A DNA stretch of 64,000 nt from Nitrospirota bacterium (lineage in GTDB: Bacteria; Nitrospirota; UBA9217), in the NCBI GenBank assembly GCA_963754875.1, contig CAVWHO010000010.1, forward strand, positions 128,001 through 192,000. The letters run 5' to 3'. This document shows positions 52,950-62,640 of the stretch, in pieces. A model generated the notes under the pieces. The model was not told where the DNA came from and made no database searches. It saw only the letters and a list, made by a program, of their open reading frames with translations. The position numbers and the translations under genes are program-made. Each line of letters starts with the position of its first letter. The stretch's first letter is position 1.

Positions 52950-53777
52950 CTATTCTCCCCAGGTAAGCCGTGATAGTTTGCATTTTAATGTGGTGTTCGC
53001 GTTTAAGTATGTGCTCGTTTGATTATCGGCAATAAGTAAGTTGCTCTGCTCTCCTTGCCGGAATGTGCCGGACTTGCACCAGTCTTCTTTATTATAACTT
53101 TCACCATTTTTACCGACAACCAGGACGTTCAAATTCATTTGTAAAACTTGTTTAGTTAAGCTTTGCTTGCCGCTCTCAAATCTTTGTGCGTCCATTTTAG
53201 AAAGAATAATGCCATGATGAATCTTCGCCATCACATCCCGAGAAATGATAAAGCCATTTGTACGTATGTGGTAGTTCGGAAAAGACTCAAAAAAATGTTT
53301 ATACTTCATTTTTGCCAAGAAATGTATGCAGCGTCTTACAATCTGTGTCTTCGAAAGTCCGATGCTTTTCTGTTCGATAAGAAGATCTGTATAAACACTT
53401 TCATAAGACCCAGTCGCGCCGACAAGTCCGACGTTCTGTTTCATCAGATGAGAATGCAGTTTTAACAACCATTCATGATCTAGTATCGTGCTGAATGAAT
53501 TAAGAAAGCAAAAGTATTTATTGTTGAATTTGTTAACTGCCAAGAAATATGCCCTGATGTCAAAGCCGTAATCATGCATATATAGTGTCTTATGGGAAAC
53601 ATCCTTTAGTAATTGATTGTATTCCGTAGAGCAGTGCTTTCCATGAAACCCCTTGAACACAATTAATAGATCATGATCTTTTCCGCTGCGGTATTGAACA
53701 TATGAATTAAGAAAATTACGAAATGGTCCAATACTGTTCTTAGCTCTAACCAAATGTACTACGCATATATCCGACAT
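52950..53777 (-). CDS. Hypothetical protein in the glycan locus (possible glycosyltransferase)
   Basis: Long AT-rich ORF in the operon; GFDIRAY, FCFLNSFS, VGLVGATGS, HIRTNGF and FESG. Confidence 0.6.
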   Translation of the reverse strand: MSDICVVHLVRAKNSIGPFRNFLNSYVQYRSGKDHDLLIVFKGFHGKHCSTEYNQLLKDVSHKTLYMHDYGFDIRAYFLAVNKFNNKYFCFLNSFSTILDHEWLLKLHSHLMKQNVGLVGATGSYESVYTDLLIEQKSIGLSKTQIVRRCIHFLAKMKYKHFFESFPNYHIRTNGFIISRDVMAKIHHGIILSKMDAQRFESGKQSLTKQVLQMNLNVLVVGKNGESYNKEDWCKSGTFRQGEQSNLLIADNQTSTYLNANTTLKCKLSRLTWGE

Positions 53778-53848
53778 TATGCAGTTATCCTCAAATGATA
53801 AGCTGTGATCGAGAAATAGATGGGGGCAACTCATAAAGCGGTTGATGT

Positions 53849-54724
53849 TTAAAAATTGTCGATACTTTCATATTTATCTTTTAAATACCTCTCTAATGCA
53901 TCTCGCCAGGGGGGTAGGGTAATCCCAAATTCGCGAGCCTTTGTGTTGGCCAAAGCTGAGTACAGTGGGCGACGCATATTGCCGCTCCTGCCCTTGCGGT
54001 CAACTGGTTTTACTAGGACAGAGAACGCCATGATTTTGTAGATGGCCTTGGTAAATTCGTACCAACTACACTCCCCCTCGTTAACTAAATGATAAATGCC
54101 CATTTCTTTCGACGGATGTTCTACTAGCTGTAATACAGCCTTACTCAGATCATGCGTTGAGGTCGGGGAGACGATCTGGTCGCATCCCATTTCCAGTGTT
54201 GTATAAGTTTTTGCATCTTGAATGCGCTTGTCAACGAAATTGCCTCCTTTCGATTGCGCACCCGATGCTCCGTATAGCCCGCATGTTCTGATCACGATTG
54301 CGCGGCTAGGTGCGACGGAAAGCGCTGCATGCTCTCCGACCAGCCGCGACATGCCGTAGATCTGGAGCGGAGCTGGCTTGTCATGCTCTAGATAGGGAGT
54401 TCGTTTGTCCCCGCCGAATACGTAATCAGAGCTGAACGTGATGAAGAGGGCCCCGATACGGTTGCATGCGGCAGCAAGATTCCGTACTGCGACGCAGTTA
54501 ACAAGAAACGCTGTTACGGGCTCCGTCTCGCATAAGGGAACGTTATGAAATGCAGCTGTGTTGATGACTACTTCCGGCGCGTATCTATCAATCGCGGTAT
54601 TAATGGATTCTAACGACTGGATATCAAGTTCATTACGATCAGGTGCAATAATAACGTGCCCGCTGTTATTCTGCAGAATATCACTGCCGAGCTGCCCGGT
54701 TTTGCCGATCAAAAGGATCTTCAT
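53849..54724 (-). CDS. rfbD: NDP-4-keto-6-deoxyhexose reductase (RmlD-like)
   Basis: GKTGQLG, NTAA, SSDYVFGG, YGMSR and RPLYSAL. Confidence 0.9.
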   Translation of the reverse strand: MKILLIGKTGQLGSDILQNNSGHVIIAPDRNELDIQSLESINTAIDRYAPEVVINTAAFHNVPLCETEPVTAFLVNCVAVRNLAAACNRIGALFITFSSDYVFGGDKRTPYLEHDKPAPLQIYGMSRLVGEHAALSVAPSRAIVIRTCGLYGASGAQSKGGNFVDKRIQDAKTYTTLEMGCDQIVSPTSTHDLSKAVLQLVEHPSKEMGIYHLVNEGECSWYEFTKAIYKIMAFSVLVKPVDRKGRSGNMRRPLYSALANTKAREFGITLPPWRDALERYLKDKYESIDNF

Positions 54725-55263
54725 TGCGTTGCCTTGATGTATAAAGGATAGGCGCGGTCTTTATCCGACAGGACCGGGTGAGGCAGGGGCCAGAAGATTC
54801 CGAATGCCGGATCATCCCACCTGACGCCGCATGCGTGTTCGGGAGAATAAAATTCGAACATCTCATAGAAGACCTCGGAACTGTCTTCAAGCGTCTGGAA
54901 ACCGTGCGCAAAACCTTCGGGAATGTACAGCATCCGATGGTTGTCTGCAGTCAGTTCGACAGACGTCCAAGAGCGGTAGGTAGCTGATTCCGGCCGTAGA
55001 TCGATGATGACGTCATAGATAGCGCCTCGCGTACAGCGCACGAGCTTTGCCTCCGCTCTGGGTGGAATCTGAAAGTGCATGCCGCGGATCGTGCCTTTTT
55101 TCCTGTTGAAAGAAACGTTGCACTGAACAATTGCCGTTTGCAATCCGTGGGAGCTGAATTCTTCCTGACAAAAACTACGCGCGAAGTATCCCCGTTCGTC
55201 AGCTCTCAACTCGAAATCAATCTGATATGCGCCTCGCAGTTTTGTTTCCGTGAAAATCATCAC
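54721..55263 (-). CDS. rfbC: NDP-4-keto-6-deoxyhexose 3,5-epimerase (RmlC-like)
   Basis: [31 protein letters not shown] and WDDP. Confidence 0.93.
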   Translation of the reverse strand: MMIFTETKLRGAYQIDFELRADERGYFARSFCQEEFSSHGLQTAIVQCNVSFNRKKGTIRGMHFQIPPRAEAKLVRCTRGAIYDVIIDLRPESATYRSWTSVELTADNHRMLYIPEGFAHGFQTLEDSSEVFYEMFEFYSPEHACGVRWDDPAFGIFWPLPHPVLSDKDRAYPLYIKATQ

Positions 55264-56480
55264 ACAATCCTGACATCCGGGATTGGAAGAATGAACTTCC
55301 CCCCTTTGCTCCGGTAAGTCTTTTGCTGTTCCAGAATCTCGTCAGCAAAGTTCCATGCCAACAACAAAACATAATCCGGCATGTCCTGCACGAGTTTGTC
55401 CGGATGAAATATGCGTAAATGTGCACCTGGCGTATAGAGATTTTGCTTGTACGGGCTTTTGTCTACCGTGTATTCAACAAGATCTGTAGTGATGCCGCAG
55501 TAGTTTAAAAGCGTATTGCCTTTTGCCGGGGCGCCGTAGGCCGCTATCCGCTTGTTGGACTTCTTCATATCTTGTAGTAACGTGAGAAGGCGCGTTTTTA
55601 TTCCGGTTGTCCGTTCCGCGAACGCTACATAAGTCTCTTTTTTGTCGAGTTTTTTATCGAGTTCGGCTTTCACGAGCTCGGTGACAGTCTCTGTCTTCTT
55701 ATGAGCCCCTTTATGCCCGATGAAATAGATGATTGAACCGCCGTGGATCGCCACGCGCTCGGCATCAAAGACTTCCATGTTGTAGAGCTTGAACAAATAG
55801 GACATTGCGCGGACCGACAGGTAGGAGTAATGCTCGTGGTATACCGTGTCGAATTCGTTCTTTTCAACAAAGTCGATGAGATAGGGGGCTTCGATGGCGA
55901 CTGTGCCATGCGGGGCAAGCAGATTCTTCAACCCTTTGACAAAACCGTGAATCTCCGGCACATGGGCAAACACATGCCTTCCGAGTATGACGTCTGCTGC
56001 CCCGTATTGTTTTTTAACATTCTCCGCTGTGGTTTCATTAAAAAAATCATTGACTGTCTCGATGCCTGCCTCTGTCGCGACTTTGGCGATGTTCGAAGCA
56101 GGCTCGATGCCGAGCGTCTTGACGCCGGTCTTCTTAAAGTACTGCAATACCGTGCCGTCATTGCTTGCAATTTCGACGACCTGCAACCCTTGGGCGAGGC
56201 CGAAGCGTTTTTGAAAACTCTTTGCCAGATAGTCCGCATGTCTGTGAACGAGATCCGATGTAGCGGAAAAATAGATGTAGTTTTTGAAAAGGGCGTCAGG
56301 TGGGACATCATACCCGATCTGTACAAGGCCGCATTGCTCGCAAAAATAAACATCAAGAGGATACTTCGGCTCCTGTACCGAAGCGAGTTCCTCCTTGTTC
56401 AAAAAACTATTGGCGAGCGCCATCGTGCCGAGTTCCAGAAACTTGAAAATATTATCTTTGCTGCAGAATCTGCAATTCAT
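55260..56480 (-). CDS. NDP-hexose C-methyltransferase
   Basis: CRFC...CEQCGLVQ Zn site, [36 protein letters not shown] and LLAWNF. Confidence 0.92.
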   Translation of the reverse strand: MNCRFCSKDNIFKFLELGTMALANSFLNKEELASVQEPKYPLDVYFCEQCGLVQIGYDVPPDALFKNYIYFSATSDLVHRHADYLAKSFQKRFGLAQGLQVVEIASNDGTVLQYFKKTGVKTLGIEPASNIAKVATEAGIETVNDFFNETTAENVKKQYGAADVILGRHVFAHVPEIHGFVKGLKNLLAPHGTVAIEAPYLIDFVEKNEFDTVYHEHYSYLSVRAMSYLFKLYNMEVFDAERVAIHGGSIIYFIGHKGAHKKTETVTELVKAELDKKLDKKETYVAFAERTTGIKTRLLTLLQDMKKSNKRIAAYGAPAKGNTLLNYCGITTDLVEYTVDKSPYKQNLYTPGAHLRIFHPDKLVQDMPDYVLLLAWNFADEILEQQKTYRSKGGKFILPIPDVRIV

Positions 56481-56571
56481 GAACGACTCCTGGAGAAGAA
56501 AATAGTTCGTTGAAACGTGGAATGGTTGAAGAGTTAAACGGTTTTGTTCAACATTTCATCGCATCATCTAT

Positions 56572-57666
56572 TCAATGCGCACTATTCGCGTACTCCTCAA
56601 TCTGCCGGAAGCACGCCTCCCGTACGTCCTGCTTGTCCATGTACGCCTTTGTCCATTCAATGATGCTGTAGATTGCATTTTCCAGATCCCAGCGCGGGTG
56701 CCAGCCGAGCTCGGTCTTGGCCTTTGAACAGTCCAATTTCAAATAAGACGCTTCATGGGGGTGCGTTCCTTTATCAAGCAAGTAAGATGCGCCGTTGCCC
56801 CACTTTACGCAAAGACGGTCTACCAACCAGGCTACGGGTTTCGCGTCACTGTCATCGGGACCGAAGTTCCAGCCGCCGCTGAAGCAGGGGCCCTCACTAA
56901 CAAGTTTCTGTGCAAGCATCAGGTAACCTGAAAGCGGCTCGAGTACATGCTGCCACGGTCTGATTGCCTGAGGGTTTCGAATTACGATTTTTTCCTTTAT
57001 CAAAATCGCCCTGATGAAGTCGGGGATCAGCCTGTCCGCTGCCCAGTCTCCGCCGCCGATGACATTGCCGGCCCTGGCTGATGCGATTGCCACGCCATGC
57101 GTTGCATAATCCTTCTCGTTGAAGTAGGAACTCCGAAAGGCCGCTGTCACGAGTTCGGAGCAGGCCTTGCTGTTCGAATAGGGATCATATCCGCCCATTG
57201 GTTCATTCTCACGGTAACCCCATACCCACTCCTTGTTTTCGTAGCACTTGTCGGTCGTAACATTGATGACAGATTTCACGCTCTTCGTGGCGCGAACGGC
57301 CTCGAACAGATTGACCGTGCCCATGACGTTGATAGCGTAGGTTTCCACCGGGATTTTGTAGGAATCCCGCACGAGGGGCTGTGCAGCCATGTGGATCACG
57401 ACTTCGGGCTCTGCAGCCTGCATCGCTTTGGTCAGCAGAGCCCCATCCCGTATATCGGCAATCGTTGTATGCACGAACTTGTCTATCCTGCAGAGTTCAA
57501 AAAGACTGGGATTGGTGGGCGGTTTTAAGGCGTAGCCCGTGACGTTTGCGTCGAGACGGTGAAGCCAGAGGCAAAGCCATGATCCTTTGAAGCCGGTATG
57601 GCCGGTGATGAAGATCTTTTTGCCCTTCCAGAAATTCGCATCGACCGTGTTACGTTCCGCCCGCAT
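56572..57666 (-). CDS. rfbG: CDP-glucose 4,6-dehydratase
   Basis: TGHTGFKGSWL, HMAAQPLVR, TTDKCYEN, DPYSNSK, RAGNVIGGGDW and RPWQHVLEPL. TGATG coupling with rfbF. Confidence 0.96.
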   Translation of the reverse strand: MRAERNTVDANFWKGKKIFITGHTGFKGSWLCLWLHRLDANVTGYALKPPTNPSLFELCRIDKFVHTTIADIRDGALLTKAMQAAEPEVVIHMAAQPLVRDSYKIPVETYAINVMGTVNLFEAVRATKSVKSVINVTTDKCYENKEWVWGYRENEPMGGYDPYSNSKACSELVTAAFRSSYFNEKDYATHGVAIASARAGNVIGGGDWAADRLIPDFIRAILIKEKIVIRNPQAIRPWQHVLEPLSGYLMLAQKLVSEGPCFSGGWNFGPDDSDAKPVAWLVDRLCVKWGNGASYLLDKGTHPHEASYLKLDCSKAKTELGWHPRWDLENAIYSIIEWTKAYMDKQDVREACFRQIEEYANSAH

Positions 57667-58439
57667 CAGCTCCACACCTTCCACGGAGCGTTGCCGCTGT
57701 TCCAAAGCTCCTCGATATGAATCTTGTCACGCAAGGTATCCATAGGCTGCCAAAAGCCAAAGTGCTTATAAGCGACGAGCTCGTGGTCACGGGCGAGTCC
57801 TTCCAGCGGTTCTTTTTCGAAAACCGTTGTATCTCCAGTAATCCGGTCGAGCATCTTCGGCTCAAGTACAAAAAAACCGCCATTGATCCAGGAACCATCG
57901 CCTACAGGTTTTTCCTGGAAGGAATTTACTTGCAAAGAGGAATCGAGGCTCAGAGCGCCGAACCGTCCTGATGGCTGAGTCGCGGTGACAGTGGCTATTT
58001 TCTTGTGCTTTTTATGGTAAGCGAGGAGTTCGGTTATGTTCACATCCGAAACGCCGTCGCCGTAGGTCAGCATGAATGTGTCGTTGCCGATGTAAGAGGC
58101 AACGCGTTTCAATCGGCCGCCGGTCATCGTGTCCGTGCCCGTATCCACGAGGGTGACCTTCCATGGTTCAACGTTTTGCTGATGGACTTCCATGGAGTTA
58201 CTCCGCATATCGAACGTCACATCGCTCATATGAAGAAAATAGTTCGAAAAATACTCCTTGATCATATAACCCTTGAACCCGAGACAGATAATGAATTCAT
58301 GGAAGCCGTAGTGGGAGTAGATTTTCATGATGTGCCACAGAATCGGCTTCCCACCGATTTCGACCATCGGCTTCGGTCGCACAGTGGTTTCTTCGCTCAA
58401 CCTCGTGCCCAATCCGCCTGCAAGAATAACGACTTTCAT
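57666..58439 (-). CDS. rfbF: Glucose-1-phosphate cytidylyltransferase
   Basis: [42 protein letters not shown] and [11 protein letters not shown]. Confidence 0.97.
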   Translation of the reverse strand: MKVVILAGGLGTRLSEETTVRPKPMVEIGGKPILWHIMKIYSHYGFHEFIICLGFKGYMIKEYFSNYFLHMSDVTFDMRSNSMEVHQQNVEPWKVTLVDTGTDTMTGGRLKRVASYIGNDTFMLTYGDGVSDVNITELLAYHKKHKKIATVTATQPSGRFGALSLDSSLQVNSFQEKPVGDGSWINGGFFVLEPKMLDRITGDTTVFEKEPLEGLARDHELVAYKHFGFWQPMDTLRDKIHIEELWNSGNAPWKVWS

Positions 58440-58868
58440 GTCCGCTGTACCCCTTCCTGAAGAGCGAAAAATCTGATGAGATGTTCAGATGATATAGAAG
58501 GTTGTATGTTGGTAAAGTCTTTTTACTCCTCATCCAATCATCTGACCATCCAACCTTCTGCGTTAAAAAATCGTCCTGATCATTTTTTTGTCCACTCCGT
58601 GGTGATGAGAACCGGCAGATTCTATCTTTTGAAAGAAGGACACAACGATGATGCAGTCATATGTACTGTCCTCTAAAAATCCAGCGGTATTTTATTGAAA
58701 AAACGCCATTTTACTTCAGGTCGACGACACCTGCAGGCTTTAAATTGGCCTCCTCCATACCTGACATTCTTATTTGACTGATGTCTGCTTCGTGTACAAC
58801 TTTCTGCAGACATTGAGGAACCCCATCGAACACATTCTATAAAACCCGCTCTTTACAATTATTATTTA

Positions 58869-59819
58869 TTATTTTCTGACCGATGGATTTTTAAGAAAAT
58901 CTTCATAGGTTTTCACGAGCCCTTCTTCCAACGAAGTTTTGTGCCTCCATCCAAGTTTGTGGAGACGGGAAACGTCCAGTAGCTTGCGCGGCGTCCCATC
59001 GGGTTTGGTTGGATCAAAGACAATGTCCCCATTGAAGCCTACAGTTATCTTGACCAACTCCGCTAGTTCCCGGATTGTGCAGTCTTCTCCTGTACCGATA
59101 TTTAACAACTCCCCGATATCCTGAGCTGAAAAATTTCCCATGAGAAATATGCATGCTTCAGCCATATCATCAGCATACATGAACTCGCGACGGGGCGTTC
59201 CCGTACCCCATACGGTCACGGAAGTTTGCTCCTTGATTTTTGCTTCATGAAAACGCCTCAATAGCATCGGGATGACATGCGCATTTTCAGTATGATAGTT
59301 GTCATTGGGACCATACAAATTCGTGGGCATCACGGAGATGAAGTTCGTTCCATATTGTTTGTTAAGAGCGCTGCATAGTTTTATACCGGCGATTTTTGCT
59401 ATGGCGTAGGATTCATTTGTCGGTTCGAGCGCAGAGGTTAGCAGATATTCTTCTTTAATGGGCTGGGGCGACATTTTGGGGTAGATACAGCTGGAGCCAA
59501 GAAAAAGAAGCCTCTGGACCCCGTAGCGCCAGGCGGCCTCGATGATGTTATTCTGGATTTTTAGATTGTCCAGGAGGAAGTCCGCAGGGTAAGTGCTGTT
59601 CGCATGGATGCCACCGACCTTCGCTGCCGCCATATAAACCTCATCGGGCCGCTCAGACCGAAAAAAATCATCAACAGCGGCCGGGTTGAGCAGATCCAGT
59701 TCCGCACGGGTCCGGACGATGATGTGCCGATAGCCACCACTGGTTAAACGGCGACAAAGGGCACTGCCAACGAGTCCCTTATGTCCTGCGACAAATACTT
59801 TGTGCTGTGTAAAATCCAT
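58869..59819 (-). CDS. fcl: GDP-L-fucose synthase
   Basis: [37 protein letters not shown] and PDGTPRK. Confidence 0.96.
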   Translation of the reverse strand: MDFTQHKVFVAGHKGLVGSALCRRLTSGGYRHIIVRTRAELDLLNPAAVDDFFRSERPDEVYMAAAKVGGIHANSTYPADFLLDNLKIQNNIIEAAWRYGVQRLLFLGSSCIYPKMSPQPIKEEYLLTSALEPTNESYAIAKIAGIKLCSALNKQYGTNFISVMPTNLYGPNDNYHTENAHVIPMLLRRFHEAKIKEQTSVTVWGTGTPRREFMYADDMAEACIFLMGNFSAQDIGELLNIGTGEDCTIRELAELVKITVGFNGDIVFDPTKPDGTPRKLLDVSRLHKLGWRHKTSLEEGLVKTYEDFLKNPSVRK

Positions 59820-59883
59820 TATAGGCCGAGATAAAAAATAAATGTATTTCTATTAATACTTTCTGAAACAGCTTTTTTATACA

Positions 59884-60510
59884 TCATGGCAAATCCGATT
59901 TTTCAGTAAAAATAAACTGAATGTCATTCTTGCTGACTGCAGAATTTCTTAATGCTAGTTCAATGCTTTCACGCTTCAAATAGGAAGTCACGACGACGGT
60001 ATCATAGTTTAGATTCGTGATAGAGCGTATCGGACTGACGCTTCTGCCAAAAAATATCGTTCCATCGTTTTCATCGTCCACGACGCCGACAAGCTTCAAA
60101 TCGGTTTCCTGCAGAGTAATGTAGGCAATTTCCGCCACTTCGTCAACGCCCGCAAAAACGAGCCTGTATGAGCCCCTGTTCGCCAGCTCGGAGAATACCT
60201 TTTTCAGGTTATTCCTCGCTTCCCGGTATATGCGCGTATAATCCTGAAGCAGGTCGTACGTGAGACGCGACTTTTCTGCAAGGCCTTTCGGCGTTAGATA
60301 GTAAGCATATCGTTTAGGGGGAATCGAAGTGACAGTTATATAACCTTTCGCAACGAGATTCTTGATATAAGAATTGACGAGTCCTAAAGCGAAACCAAGG
60401 CGTTTGCTCAAGTCGCGTTGCGTGAGGGAGTCGTTGCCTGAAAGCTCGTCGAGGATCTGAAGAGCTCTGAACTGGTCAGCCCCAGAGTGAGAAGAACTAT
60501 TGATGTTCAC
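59884..60510 (-). CDS. Winged-helix (MarR-like, EPS-associated) regulator with a C-terminal Rossmann-like domain
   Basis: TQRDLSKRLGFALGLVN, YYLTPKGLAEKSRLT, then LVFAGVDEVAEIAY...VGVVDD. Confidence 0.88.
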   Translation of the reverse strand: MNINSSSHSGADQFRALQILDELSGNDSLTQRDLSKRLGFALGLVNSYIKNLVAKGYITVTSIPPKRYAYYLTPKGLAEKSRLTYDLLQDYTRIYREARNNLKKVFSELANRGSYRLVFAGVDEVAEIAYITLQETDLKLVGVVDDENDGTIFFGRSVSPIRSITNLNYDTVVVTSYLKRESIELALRNSAVSKNDIQFIFTEKSDLP

Positions 60511-60545
60511 GGAATGAACATAGCACGAGGCAATGTCTATGTCAA
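60503..60545 (-). promoter_or_regulatory. Sigma70 promoter of the regulator with an overlapping palindromic operator
   Basis: Minus strand TTGACA-N17-TATGTT with extended TG. ATGTTCA-N5-TGAACAT at 60503-60521 covers the -10 element and the GTG start. Confidence 0.7.
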
Positions 60546-60618
60546 GAATTAGTTACAGGTTATTCTACAATCCCTGTTGCGAAATTGCATTGAACCCATT
60601 GTAGGGGCGATTAAAAAC

Positions 60619-60647
60619 TTTACACGCTCCGGTGGCAATGCTATTAT
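60619..60647 (+). promoter_or_regulatory. Putative sigma70 promoter of the patatin gene
   Basis: TTTACA-N17-TATTAT with extended TG. Confidence 0.55.
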
Positions 60648-60696
60648 CTACATCGAATCCTATTGAAGAGAATTTCTAGCGTGAGAGGAGTGTCTG

Positions 60697-61701
60697 ATGG
60701 GGCCGAAGATTTGTCTTGCGCTTGGTGGAGGGGCCGCACGAGGGCTTGCTCATCTCGGTGTACTTAAGGTTTTCGAAGACGCCAGGGTCCCAATCGATAT
60801 GATTGCCGGTACAAGCCTGGGTGCTTTGATCGGTGGAATGTACGCTTCCAACCCCGACGCCTCCTACTGGATTAGAAGTGTGGACCAATACCTGCGTAGC
60901 TTCCGCTCACGAAGAACCCGTCTTGAGTTTCTTCAGAAACTTGAATCGCCGAATAACAACCACCGGGGATTTTTCAGTGACATGGCATTTCTGCTCAGAA
61001 AAGGTTATTTTTGGGGTGTCACTGCCACGAACGCCGCTTTTATCGGCGAGAAAGAATATCAAGACCTGATCTATCCCCTGATTCCCGATATATCCTTCGA
61101 AGATACCAAAATCCCTTTCAGCTGCGTGGCCACGGACCTCCGAAACGGTAAACGGGTCATGTATACTACCGGACGGCTCCGCACGGCAATCAGCGCCAGT
61201 TGCGCGCTGCCCGGCATCTTTCCCCCTGTCAGAGATAACGGCATGTCCCTCGTAGACGGGGGATGGGTGGAGCGCGTGCCCGTATTGTGCGCGAAGGACA
61301 TGGGTGCTGATATCGTGATCGCGGTCGACGTCTCAAGCGATGTTGCGACCTTTGAGGACAAATCCGGCCTCGATATCGTGCTCCGCGCCGATGCGGTGAC
61401 CAGGATCTACCTGAACGAGATACTCGCCCGCCAAGCTGATTTGGTTATCCATCCGGCAGTGGGGACGACGCATTGGGCTGACTTCAGCAATCCTAAAGAC
61501 CTGATCACTGCAGGGGAGAATGCAGCGCTCGAAAAACTGATCACCAGTCCGCACTCTCATCCATCGGGCCGCCTTGCCTCCGAAAAAACTTTCCGTCCAG
61601 CTCCGGTCGATCAAGGACAAGATCATCGAAAAAGTAACCGGGTACTAAGTCGTAGAAACATTCCGGCAAATGTTTTCTTCTTCACCAAACACGGCGTGTA
61701 A
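60697..61701 (+). CDS. Patatin-like phospholipase (C-terminus probably frameshifted near 61545)
   Basis: LGGGAARGLAHLGV, GTSLG and VDGG. Confidence 0.92.
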   Translation: MGPKICLALGGGAARGLAHLGVLKVFEDARVPIDMIAGTSLGALIGGMYASNPDASYWIRSVDQYLRSFRSRRTRLEFLQKLESPNNNHRGFFSDMAFLLRKGYFWGVTATNAAFIGEKEYQDLIYPLIPDISFEDTKIPFSCVATDLRNGKRVMYTTGRLRTAISASCALPGIFPPVRDNGMSLVDGGWVERVPVLCAKDMGADIVIAVDVSSDVATFEDKSGLDIVLRADAVTRIYLNEILARQADLVIHPAVGTTHWADFSNPKDLITAGENAALEKLITSPHSHPSGRLASEKTFRPAPVDQGQDHRKSNRVLSRRNIPANVFFFTKHGV

Positions 61702-61831
61702 CGTGTAATCCCATTTTCCCACTTCTGTTGAACCTGTCGATGCACGATCCGCAGGAATCTCTGCAAATATTTTGACGTCGTCAACGGTTATTTCGCGGAC
61801 AGTGCTGAATATTTTCGCTATAATATCTATC

Positions 61832-62544
61832 ATGAGCATGCCACTCGTGATCGCCCATCGCGGAGACGCTTCGGAATCCCTCGAAAATTCACTTGAAGTC
61901 CGTTCATCGTGCACTTTCTTATCCCGTTGACATGATCGAGCTTGACCTACGCAAGAGTCGTGATGATGTGCTCTACGTGATGCACGACAAGATGACCGGA
62001 CGGACTGCTGAAAAGAACATCAATATCGAGCACTCGACGTCCGACGTGATAAGCAAACTGAAGCTGATAAACGGCGAACCGATCCCGACGCTCGGGGACG
62101 TGATAAAGACCGTCGCCGGATCGACAGGGCTCAACTTTGAGATAAAGAGCGACGGCGCAGGAGTATTGCTGGCCCGGTATTTTGCATCATCAGATTACCC
62201 CGGCTATGTTCTTTTATCGTCGTTCAAAGAAAGTGAAGTCCGTGCGGTGCGGCATATCGTTCCTGCAATGCCGACATCAGTGATCTATGATGTATTTTCG
62301 GTCGATGAGGTAACGAATTACAAAAAACGAGGATATGGATATTATCAGCCTGCGGAAAAATACCGTGAGTGAAAAACTGCTCAGGGCTTGTCATGAACAG
62401 GGGATAGACGTGTATGTCTGGACCGTGGATGAAGAGGATGAAATGCGGAAGTTTATCTCCTGGGGAGTAGACGGTATATATTCAAACAGGCCTGGAGTGC
62501 TGAAGACGCTGCTTATGAGGCTCGAAACAGCGTCTGAAGGTTAG
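61832..62544 (+). CDS. Glycerophosphodiester phosphodiesterase (frameshifts near 61865-61895 and 62335)
   Basis: VIAHRG, MIELDL, VMHD, IPTL, NFEIK, VWTVD and GVDGIYSNRP. Confidence 0.9.
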
Positions 62545-62640
62545 GCCTCGCAATAAGCCGCGTAGGGTATAGCACCGGCCCCATTGAGGAATCTCCACAC
62601 AGGTCGTCGGGAATCAGACGACGCAACCCCATTAGCCATT

